Assembly (NCBI GenBank): GCA_037379345.1
Contig: CM074514.1
Span: 8,618,001 to 8,682,000, forward strand
Source: Perna viridis
Lineage: Eukaryota
Length of the DNA: 64,000 nt
Direction of reading: 5' to 3'
The position numbers and the translations under genes were made by a program. Within the stretch, counting starts at the first letter, position 1. Each line of letters opens with the position of its first letter. A model generated the notes under the pieces. The model was not told the DNA's origin. It was given only the letters and a program-made list of their open reading frames with translations, and searched no databases. Shown one piece after another: positions 54,201 through 64,000 of this stretch.

Positions 54201-57200
54201 ACTCCATCAGACTCTGTCTCTGTACATATCTTAGCTCCGTTACAAACTATCAGTTTGAAGTAGTAGGTTCCTCCGTCTTGTAACTCTAAATCAGTCAGCG
54301 TATATTCTCTGAGTATTCCATTTATCTAAAATAATTTGACATATAGCATATTGTGTTATCCATTGAATCGTCTCATTATTTATCTAAATTACCAACGACA
54401 ATGATAATTTTGTTTTGTATTCATGTCAATTACGGGAATGGCTGTAGTTGAATACCGTTTTAGTTATTTTTATATTGTATAACATTATTACAGCAAATGT
54501 ACTAAGGAAAACAATTACCATCACTGACGATGAATTGAACTCTCCATTTTGGTGTGATACAAACGATATATATTGCCGGAGTATAGATGACTGTTTATCT
54601 TCAACATCCCATTGGAATCTAATTGCCGATCTCAAGACAAATGTGTCCTCAGTTAATGAGCCAATATCACGTGATAACTTTGGTGGCTCCAAAACATCTG
54701 GGGGTGACACATCAACAAGAAATCCATTTGATGTAGATTCTGTGTATAAACCTGAGGTCATAAATATGAAGCTAAGAGAAGGTTAACTTTTCTGAAAACA
54801 TAAACTGAATTAAATTTACATTACAACATTAAGCTTACCTTAGTTTTCTTTGGTTTATTAATTTTAAACATAAAAAGCATTACAGTAGAGACACATATTT
54901 ACTGAAAGAACAATCAGGAGAACCAAGCTTCAAAATCAAATAATTATACTCCAAGACTGGAAAAACACACAAAACAAAGGATATAAAACAACCAAAATAA
55001 CACACACAATGAAATAAAATTTATTGAGCAGCCTGGACTCCATATAAAACTTGGAGCACGCAAAAGGTGCACCGATAAGGTAAAAGTTCTCTGCTCTTCT
55101 ACCGATTTGTTCACGTCCGCGGTTCACGAGCGATGTTCCTTTCTATAGGTCAGATCTTATGATAGTTAGTCAGCATCATAAGACAGAAGGATTGGTCAGT
55201 GAGTAGCGGAGCACAATTTATTCCCATCAGAATGCCGACAGCTTTCTGAAAATCACGTCCAACCCACTAGACAAAATGTTGTAGAAAGAAAATTCCAGGA
55301 TTTATACAACACCTTCGGTATATTTAAAAGATGATATTTTTACAAAAAATGAGGAATTACGTTCCAAGTACTATGTTTTTGTATCTAGGTTTATCGTCTT
55401 ATTTTCTTTTCTTTTTTGGAGTAACAACGATGCCTCATGTTTCTGAGTTTCCTTTTCAACCGCGCATGCTATTATATTCTGAAAATAATCTAGCATTTAG
55501 GGTTTCCAGAAGATCTTTCGAATCTATTAGAATTTTCACTGAATCGATTCCTCTACGGAAACCTACAAAAGGGGCACCAAATCCATGTCTTTACGATGAA
55601 AGAGTAATCGAGTGAACAGACAAGACATGGAAAACAAACACACACAACAAAGAACATAAATTAACAAAAGTAACACATATCAAGTAACAAAATTAAAGGA
55701 GCAACTAAGACTCCACTAAAATCTGGTAGCATGGACCAGGTGCACCGATATGGTAAGTGTCCTCTGCTTTTCTAGAAAAAAACCCGCCGAATTGCTTATA
55801 AAAAGTCAAGTTCAGGGTAGACGAAAGAGGAAAGGAAAACTATGACAAATTGGTTCCCATGGAACCGATGGATATACCGTAACGATCCACAATGATCAAA
55901 GGCCCTTTCATAGTCTATGTATTTTTTCTTCTTCTAACTTGTCTTACAGGTCAAATGCTAGTCTCATCAGTGCAAGCTAAACCCATGACCTTAAAAGCAC
56001 TGATAGCCTTTCAGTCTGCCAGAAAGTTAATATCTATACTTTGTTTTCGTACTGATAATAGTTTGAAAAATAAATCCTAATTCATTTGAAATTGTAGAAG
56101 GCATTATGATTTTTTTTTTTAAATATATCAATAAAATAAACTACGTCATCTTACAGGTTACATTGCCTCATATAACATCCTCCTTTATCCCTACCTTTCA
56201 GAAATTCAAACTTTAATTCAATTTTAAAAGCGAAATAAGAAATAAATCTTCTAATAGATTTTGTCATCGAATCAAGACAAAATTGGTAGCTGCAAGTACA
56301 TGACATTTTGATAAAAACTTTCGTTAGTTTTACTGTTTTTGTTTTGAGGTGTTCTGTATTATGGTATGCATAGATGATTTTATCAATAAATCAAGAAGTA
56401 CCTGCTTTGTTGTAAACACGGACGGTGCTATAAATACGTCTTCCAGGTGGTAGAGGTGCTGGCAATTCTGTTATAATCACCATATCTGTTTCACTGATAA
56501 TATGTGGGGGGTAAATATCAGCTGATCCCGGAGACGTACCAACCCGAACAACAATGTAATCTATATCAGACTGTGCATCATTAAATCCAAACCATTTAAT
56601 TGAAATGTAATTCCTGGAAAGATATTAAGACATAAATAACTAAATAAGACATGAAATACGGCTTGTTTGAAATTACATCTGTGAAACATAGTTCAAAATA
56701 CATCTGATCAAAAATGAAATGATATTAGCCAAAACAACGAAGGTAGTCACATATATAACACATTATGAAATATATCTTGTACTCTGAATAAAATTGAATA
56801 GACGCTTATTTACCTAACTGACAGAAATTCGATATCATAATCAGCAGAGCCATCTTGAACAACACCTGGTACAGGGGGGCTGTTGTCAATGGTTACACCG
56901 TCTGATGTCACAGATGTACACATATTTCCAGTGTTACATGCTGTTACTGTAGAATAATATGTACGACCAGCCTCCAGGGCGACATTTGACCAGGTAAAAT
57001 CTGAACAAAAATATATTGAAAATCAATTGTAAATCTGTGCTCACAATAACCCTTGGCTTTTATCACACTTTTATATGAGGTTACTATCTAACAAGTATCT
57101 TTCTTAACTCACGAAGAACGATTGCATTCACGTGTGTGTTCTTCAGTTGCATTTGGTCGCATTTGAAATATCAAAGTCAATGAGTTGATGCATTCCAACC

Positions 57201-60200
57201 CTATCTGTGATAATGAATTCTTTTTTTGTTTAATTTTGGTCGTGGCTTGACTTTCAAGATCAATGTATTCACATATCCAAAGTCAATATGAGATGCAATT
57301 GCGGGATTGAAATACTTATATGTATGAGCACCTACAATTTGTTCATTAATGATATCATGACATCCAGAACAAGTTCCGATATAAACGCGGTAGCACTTTA
57401 TAACTGAATGGGGATCATAAAATCCTTCCCAGTAAACGGATAGTTGACTCATATCTGTTTGGTAATCAATGTCTTTAGAGTGAGGCGAGACTGCGTCTGA
57501 TTTCCCATCATACACATGTCCGGCAACAGGGGGTGAAATGTCGTAAATGTTAGCTAGGGATGATTTACTGGTGGAAAGTCCGGCCATGTTGTATGCCTAA
57601 ACACAACAAAAAATTGTCATGTAATATTCAAACAAGTAGAAAGTTCTCTGTTTTACATCAATCAACATAACAGCATTCGTTACGTATATGAAATGGACTT
57701 AGTGTTGATGTAATGTCATATGATAATCATGCATTATGATTTATACGATAATTAATTATCTTCCGCAGTTTTACATTGAGGATACAAATTGATTAGCACA
57801 TGAATATTTCAGATGTGTATATTTATATTCTTTATATGTTTATTCATATAAAACAATATTTCGTTTGGCATTGGTTCTAACATGAAACCGTTGATGTGAA
57901 CAAAAAAAGTAATGATTGTTTAATTCAATTCGCAGTTGACATACTATTGTTTATGAATCATGAATTACCTTCACAGTAACAAAATAAGGGTGGCCTTCTA
58001 TCATTTGATGATTATGGTCTGGTTTCAAGTTGCCACATTCCTGGCCGGTTCTAGAAAAATTTATTTGATCATCCTGACCGGATAATGAACCTAATCCAAC
58101 CATGTAATGGTCGATACCACTTTCAATATCAAAGAATATATTTTTCCAGCTACAAAAAAGGAGGAAATGAATTTCATATGAAAAAGAAACAACTAGGTAG
58201 ACAAGTAGTATTAAGCCTTTTGTAAGTAATTTTAACTGGTATATTTCAAACAATGAATACATAAGTGCAATGTTATTCGGATCATCTTTAAGTGACTGTA
58301 GAACTCAATTCTTGTAAAATCTCAAACACATTTCATATATTTATTAATAATTTTAATAATGAATTCAAACTACCAATCAGTATAATTATTTCGGGTGACT
58401 TTCAATAACAATAATAAATTAAACGCACGTACTGAAAACTTTGATATCGGGTGTGAAAAGGTATTTTAGTGTACTTAACTAGTGCTCCAGCTAAGAATCA
58501 TGCGAAATGTGATTCATGGTTGGAAATCTTAATATTTTTTTCATTTTTAATATTTGGTTTAAAACGTTATACTGACCAGAGGTTAAAACGTGTTTTTTTT
58601 TTTCATATAATCCTTGTTCATAAGAGATATCAATTATTTAAATGCACTGAAGAATTCCAAATAAACGGAGATAAACCTGTAAATAACACTAAAATACAGT
58701 AGAAATCATTTAATTTTTTGCGTGAATTATCTCCTAAGAGCAGAAAGATTGGAATGATCATTTTACAGTTCAACATATAGACCTATAAAGCCACTTAATA
58801 ACAGAAATAGAAATAAGTTATTTACCAAATAAAATCTACTTTGTTTACATAAAACATGTGTTCGGATTGATGCAAAAGCACCACGGGCAACGTAAATTAT
58901 AATTCTTATACAGTTAATGTGTTCAGCAATATTTCTGAACTGTGATCTGTTCAGAACAATTACTATTTCGATTTTAATTTCTTCGTGTAAATATGGCTTT
59001 ATTTGATAAGATGTATACCACTTTTCTGAATGACCTTTGTATATCAAATAGAGAGCGGATCTTTTCAAAAGTATCATTTGGCTATCTTATGGAACCAAAA
59101 TAGATTTGAACACTCTTTAATATGGAACTTTTCAGAAAATCTATGACAAAAAATGCACAGTTTTCCGCACGTTCTTGTACCTTATGAAGTCACGTTTTAA
59201 TGTATGTATATATAATTTGTATTGAGTAGAAAATTCATATATTGTCCCATGTAACAAAATACGTCTGAACTTATTATTTCTAAGTAATTACAATCAGGCC
59301 ATTCTACTTCAATTATATTTACCAAATCTCTATCTGGCTTAAATTAGTTAAAATTCTGCCACCAATATATATAGATTCTGATGAAACTACTGGGGGTGTT
59401 GTATCTATTGTTACGGGATTAGCATGAACTTTTGTCGTTCGGTTGATGAAATCAACACCTGATGATAAAATTCAACAACATTTAATACAATTGTATGGTT
59501 ATTAAACTAATAAATATTTACGTAAAAACTACTGATCAGAAATAAAGAAGTTTAGACAGAGATGTACATTTTTCATTGCGATAACTTTAAAACAGGGCAG
59601 CGGAAATAGTTTTATGTTATATTTGTTTTCTTTTAATAGTCAGTTAAATTAAACTTACCTGATACAGAAACGAAATATGTATGTCCTTCTTGCAAGGTTA
59701 GGCCGTGAAAAGACACGTGATTGGTAACGCCAACATTTCGTTCGTCAATAACATCAACTCCATCTTTAACAGAACCTTCAAACAAGATAAAATTATATTA
59801 TCAATAATCTAATAAATACAATGTTGAAATTTGTATTGTAATTTGAATATCGAACAAATCATGCATATGTGCGTTTCTTTTTTTCATTTATCGTTTTTGT
59901 TTTGTTGGGTTTTCTTTTGGAGGTTAGCTTTTTAGTTCTAAAATGAAATGCAATTAACACTGAAATACTGAATTACATAATAAAGTTAAAAAAATGACAT
60001 TAAGAAATAGTTAATAAACCCAACACAATATTTCGTCTTCGTCTGTGTCGTTTCCCTTATACATGTTTACTGTAAAATCAACTATGCAAACAAAACATGA
60101 ACAAAACAAAAACAAACACAGAGACAACAATAAAATGTGTGTACGCTTATAAAAGCTTACTGATAAGATTTATTTGTAAAAATACCAATCATATTTATTG

Positions 60201-63200
60201 CAAATTTCGATATGTTGTACACGAGTTTCAAGGAGTAAATATTCAATGTAATTTTTGCTTATTATCTTTATTTCTTTGTAAAACGATACTAACCAACAGA
60301 GACCAAGTAATGGGATATCCCGGATGAGTGCATCGAATGCCTTTCTTCTTCAACATCAATAAAGGAATCCCATGTAACGTAAATATCTGACGAGGATGTC
60401 TGAGACAAAAATGACATTGTTTTAAAATCGAAAATACTTTACGGTTTTTGTTATTAAGACAAGTGTTAGTGCTGATGGGATGCTTTTGAATAGAGTACGA
60501 CATTGATACGACATTAAACAGATTAAGGCTCAAAGTCTTCTAGAAAGATCTTATCACTCCAAAGTGTTCATGTTCCCTGTCCTATTTTATCTTTGGCCGC
60601 CGAACATATTTTGATATTTTAAATTAATGACGATTTCATGTCTGGTAAATTCGTGCATTGTGCACTTGTGTGACATCATTGTAATGTATGTTATATGTTA
60701 TAAGAAATTTAAAATGTAAACAGGAACATAATAACAATCTATGACTGGAGTTTCGACATATATTGGAACATTACATTCACTGTGTCATAAATGAGCATCT
60801 AAAATATTAATACTCATATAGACCAAATACCTATCTTTGAAACTTTGTATGGAATCAACTTTTTACTAGAAAACATGATATTTGTGTAATCTTCCGTCAG
60901 ACTCTGCCTTTGTTTGGTGCCGTGGGATTTAATATTAAGCTATTTAATATATTATATTTTTTCTATGTTTTTGTTATGTGTTTTAAGTTTAATTATTCGA
61001 TGTAATGACATCTAATTTATTTACCGCTAGTCTCTGCCTGTTTTTGGTAAGTATGAATTTTGCTAATAAGCTATTTACCTGATATAAAAATTCCTTATTT
61101 GTTCCCACCCAGACATTTCCTCCAATTGGAGCTGTAAGGTCTACTACTACACCATCACTGGAGGTCGATACAGCATCTAATATTTCTGTCCATTTTTCAT
61201 GTTGAATGTCCTTTCTTTCAGCATGGACACATACAGCGTATCGTTTTCCATGTATAAGTTCGTGAGAATCATTGAAATGTACATTGATATATCTGTGTTC
61301 TTAAATTTTAAAGTATAATATTCCGTCAAATCAGATGTTATTGAATTTCACATTTCAGGCGTAAGTTAAATATATTAACAATCTTACAGCTTTATTGGTT
61401 TATAGTAAAAATAATTTCGAAGAATTATAGCAAGTAGCAATATTTGGAATAAGGCTTTGAAATGTGAGCGGTTTGTTTTGATAGTTTCATTAAAATTTGT
61501 ATATCATTCAGGTCCTTGAATATGAGGTTTGTTTGTATTTTCACTTTTGTGAAACACCTATCATAATTATACCACATATCCTTATTATCAGACATGTCAG
61601 TTTTCTAAACCACTCCAATTAACATATAAAAAAGTTGTACCTCTATTAACACATTTGGTGATTCGCTTATACCATTATGTTTATATGATCTCGTACAATG
61701 CTTATTACATTAATACTTATACAGCCAAAAGAACAAATTTGATGATACTATCAGGAATATTTCTCAATATTGGCCTCATTTGGCTGTTTCATTTTACCAA
61801 ATAATCTAATTTGATAATATTTCTGGTATCATTTTACTTTTATGACTACATTGATAATAGTTGAACACGCTAGATGATTCCTCTGGTAGCACTCTATATG
61901 TGTAATCTTGATCTGTGATAGTTATGGTAATATTTTACATTTGTGGTCCACAATATGACTCTAATAAAAACAATTTACCTGTATGACCACATTTGATGAT
62001 ATCTGGATGAGAGCAAGAATCGGTGATAACAAGATCAGTGTAGTTTCTGTAAAATGTCAAAGCATCATTTGGTCGAACTTCTAAAACACCCCACTGATAT
62101 GAATCGTGGCGTAAAGATGGCCACACAGCTGATAATACGTTTCTAGTTGGTATATAGTCTACATCTGGTAAATTCCATGATGTGTTAGGTTCTAACAAAA
62201 CATCCTTTAATGATCCTTCTTCTTTTAAAAAAAAATATACAATTAAAACTAAGTTTTAAATCAAACAAATCGTTCAATGCCTGGCATTTGGTTGAAGATT
62301 GTTTTATTTGCAATCATATCACATTTCCTACGTTTATATACAGGCTCTTTTTAACTAATGCATTTGATCAATGGTCAAACACAACCAAACCATCCATCAG
62401 CTCAAGGTGGCTTATCTAATTGCATTTTCCTTTTAGGGTTTTTTTATTTTGTAGTTTTTTTCCCAAGCCATTTCATCTCATTTGACAATTGTTAATACTG
62501 TATACATTTTACTAGAAAAATATAAATTCAATAAATTGTTTCTATACTTTATCTTACCAAATATTATACCGCATATAGGTTCATTGACAGAAGTAATATA
62601 GCTGACATGAACTTGTCAACACATTATAAATGTAAATTAAGCATAAATATTGTACCTACCAGTTCTTCCAATAGCGTCAATTACTGCCCTTGGGATGATC
62701 TGGCTATGCTCATCTTTTATGCGACATTTCTTTATTTCTGTCTGAACTTCACTCCATACGCTAGCCTTATTGTATCCTCGTAAAGCAATTCTTTTACACT
62801 TTGCAAAATCTATATCATCTTCGAGGATGATGTCAAATTTTACCTAAATACCAAGTTTTGTATTATTTCTTTTTTTGTAGTTGGGTAATTTTTTTTCAAA
62901 TGTCAGACATTTCATTTATTTTACAGTCGTGTGTTCAATCTTCAATCAAAGCTGGACAGAAATACTATCGAGTGCTTGACACACTCTCTTATCCATTACA
63001 ATAAAAAAGAAAATACACCGTTGATACAGAAAATGATTTTACAGAAAAGTAAATATTTTGATGACACGGAAATCTAAAATTAGAATAACTCACATGAGTA
63101 TTATTTATCCTTTGAACTGTTAAAACCCTTTCCCACTTTTTATAAACACCCGCTTCTCTTGAACCGTCGACAATTGTCCATTCATAAAAGTCGATAGCTT

Positions 63201-63889
63201 CTTTGGCTTCCGTTCTGTCTTCTATATCAGGGTCATACATTTGTTTTGTAAGGACTGTCATCTACAATATAAACTACTAGGACATTGTTTACTTAAAAAT
63301 AATTAAATCAAACAAAATAAAACAAGATACAAAGGTAGATTTGATACGTAAAAGCCGGGTGCTTTAGTGTTAACATAGTTTAAGTGGAATCAGTTCGATC
63401 CATGGAAACACTTTCGTCAGGCAATCTCTTGATCAATCGTAAGATAAAATAAAAAAACAACAAATTTGCCTATAACACAAAAGATAATTTTTGTATACGT
63501 AGCACAATACTCATTAATTAAATTCAGAATACACAAATAGTTCAAACTATCGATAGTGTTTATTATTGTGCGCTTTTTGGAGTTAAAATGGTATATAATA
63601 CAGAACATACTCCTGAACAATATCAAACCACTGTTTCTGTTGAATTGCCAAGTTGTTATATTGATCAGTTTTACCTTCGACTTATCTAGTTGAACTTCGA
63701 TATAGCCTGTAACTGGGGCAGTAGGTACTACTGTAACACCATCACTTCTCAATGGAGGAAAGCAAAGATTGTCAGCACATAATTTTATATTAAACCTGTA
63801 AGTTCTTCCCGGCTGAAGATCTAAATTCCCCAGTACTGCTACTTGATGACTTCCAATGTATCCATACTCAATAAAAGTACCCCAGTAGT
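41980..63889 (-). CDS. Copy B (3' part; begins past right edge) of the same gene; 29 exons visible; two splice lesions, possibly pseudogenised
   Basis: Exons 63675-63889, 63094-63261, 62660-62843, 61979-62221, 61079-61299, 60294-60399, 59659-59775, 59323-59458, 57969-58149, 57320-57596, 56814-57000, 56402-56613, 54519-54751, 54172-54325, 53741-53919, 52314-52457, 51515-51683, 50781-50919, 50359-50480, 49957-50096, 48984-49131, 48363-48566, 47890-48093, 46945-47688, 46359-46571, 45876-45971, 43929-44257, 42943-43144, 41980-42257 (TAA stop); phases consistent. Confidence 0.87.
42943..43144 (-). CDS. Copy B penultimate exon
   Basis: AAG/GTTAGT. Confidence 0.8.
43929..44257 (-). CDS. Copy B exon (LQPLGNEL...SSDGVT...WTGFTD...)
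   Basis: CAG/GTAAAT. Confidence 0.85.
45876..45971 (-). CDS. Copy B exon (VDIDGQ...DPESGI...WSI)
   Basis: CAG/GTAAGT. Confidence 0.85.
46359..46571 (-). CDS. Copy B exon (NTEGSAELQDF...IDKTPP...DGT)
   Basis: TAG/GTATGT. Confidence 0.87.
46945..47688 (-). CDS. Copy B largest exon, with galactose-binding/CBM/DUF642-like domain (NNPSFE...GFLVDDIRI)
   Basis: 236-aa ORF; CAG/GTAAGC; NxSFE...YRLSF...W...DDV/I pattern typical of CBM-like jelly rolls (pattern recognition, no HMM run). Confidence 0.85.
47890..48093 (-). CDS. Copy B exon (DMDYQN...WHGFTDMESGI...)
   Basis: CAG/GTCAGT. Confidence 0.87.
48363..48566 (-). CDS. Copy B exon (TDLH...SSDGVMVD...VYDGI)
   Basis: AAG/GTAAGA. Confidence 0.85.
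48984..49131 (-). CDS. Copy B exon (VSEK...DVDF...LSTYPE)
   Basis: AAG/GTAACT. Confidence 0.82.
49471..49820 (-). mobile_element. PLE 3' fragment (diverged)
   Basis: QKFYGRRHELVDRYGVSICTM plus 3' UTR. Confidence 0.8.
49957..50096 (-). CDS. Copy B exon (QELKE...FKSNGITV...)
   Basis: CAG/GTAGGT. Confidence 0.82.
50359..50480 (-). CDS. Copy B exon (YEWSVG...)
   Basis: AAG/GTTGGA. Confidence 0.8.
50781..50919 (-). CDS. Copy B exon (ENTKITVDD...LAAKW...)
   Basis: TAG/GTATTT. Confidence 0.8.
51515..51683 (-). CDS. Copy B Cys-rich exon (LVRRCDALYCLGHCVC...C...C)
   Basis: TAG/GTCAGT. Confidence 0.82.
52314..52457 (-). CDS. Copy B exon (TPGLPAEF...TVWATNN) lacking an in-phase AG acceptor
   Basis: Open frame joins the next exon (VGLRS); GTAATT donor; acceptor reads ...cattgta|ACA. 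Confidence 0.7.
53741..53919 (-). CDS. Copy B exon (MFAIGT...WVGFSDLHTGI...)
   Basis: AAG/GTATGA. Confidence 0.85.
54172..54325 (-). CDS. Copy B exon (INGILREY...SDGVLIDTTPP)
   Basis: TAG/GTAAAC. Confidence 0.85.
54519..54751 (-). CDS. Copy B exon (LYTESTSNGFLVDVSPP...)
   Basis: CAG/GTAATT. Confidence 0.85.
54905..55100 (-). mobile_element. PLE 3' UTR fragment (diverged)
   Basis: ggtgcaccgataaggtaa...ctctgct motif. Confidence 0.65.
55599..55890 (-). mobile_element. PLE 3' fragment
   Basis: Homologous to ~17200-17470. Confidence 0.8.
56402..56613 (-). CDS. Copy B exon (NYISIKWFGFNDAQS...YNKA)
   Basis: CAG/GTACTT. Confidence 0.85.
56814..57000 (-). CDS. Copy B exon (FTWSNV...SDGVTIDNSPPVPGVVQDG)
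   Basis: CAG/GTAAAT. Confidence 0.85.
57320..57596 (-). CDS. Copy B exon (AYNMAGLS...DIDYQ...WEGFYDPHS...) with non-canonical ATAAGT donor
   Basis: TAG acceptor; phase requires a donor at 57319, which reads ATAAGT. Confidence 0.8.
57969..58149 (-). CDS. Copy B exon (WKNIFFDIESGI...)
   Basis: TAG/GTAATT. Confidence 0.85.
59323..59458 (-). CDS. Copy B exon (VDFINR...IDTTPP...)
   Basis: CAG/GTAAAT. Confidence 0.85.
59659..59775 (-). CDS. Copy B exon (SVKDGVDV...LQEGHTYF)
   Basis: AAG/GTAAGT. Confidence 0.85.
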
Positions 63890-64000
63890 CTGTGTAAAAC
63901 AATTTAGGGTATGCATGTTTATATGAACATAGTGTGGGTCATATTATTTCAAGCCAGTTTCAATTTTTCATGTTAATTTTGGTCTGTATTAGCAATAAGT
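60166..64000 (+). repeat. Segmental/tandem duplication, copy 2
   Basis: Near-identical to 1-4180; lacks 2157-2511. Confidence 0.97.

Noticed and set aside
57001-57319. U12 AT-AC intron
   Set aside because: No ATATCC donor and the acceptor is CAG
1-64000. Prokaryotic systems (CRISPR arrays, operons, rRNA/tRNA genes)
   Set aside because: Spliceosomal gene structure and eukaryotic TEs; no repeat-spacer array or structural RNA gene recognised

Overview
AT-rich animal genomic DNA, probably a bivalve mollusc (inferred from the repeat families and gene type). The window holds parts of two near-identical, head-to-tail, minus-strand copies of one large intron-rich gene, about 60.2 kb apart: 1-4180 recurs at 60166-64000. 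Copy A (ATG at 24170, running off the left edge) gives the N-terminal 29 coding exons. Copy B (entering from the right edge, stop at 41980) gives the C-terminal 29 exons, and 6 exons are seen in both. Joined by hand through splice sites and phases, they give a 52-exon, 9993-nt ORF for a ~3330-aa predicted secreted protein. It has a signal peptide, an EMI-like/EGF-like Cys-rich head, a long array of FN3/Ig-like 'DxTPPxxGxVxDG...DxDYQ...WxGFxDxESGI' repeats, and a galactose-binding/DUF642-like domain, with no membrane anchor. Copy B carries two apparent splice-site lesions. Between the copies lie a 5'-truncated L1/Tx1 LINE with a 14-bp TSD, a SINE and a decayed Gypsy element. Introns carry about ten 3'-end fragments of a Penelope-like (Naiad-type) retroelement with a conserved RNA-structure candidate, a TSD-flanked SINE-like element, MITE-like hairpins and a 133-N gap.
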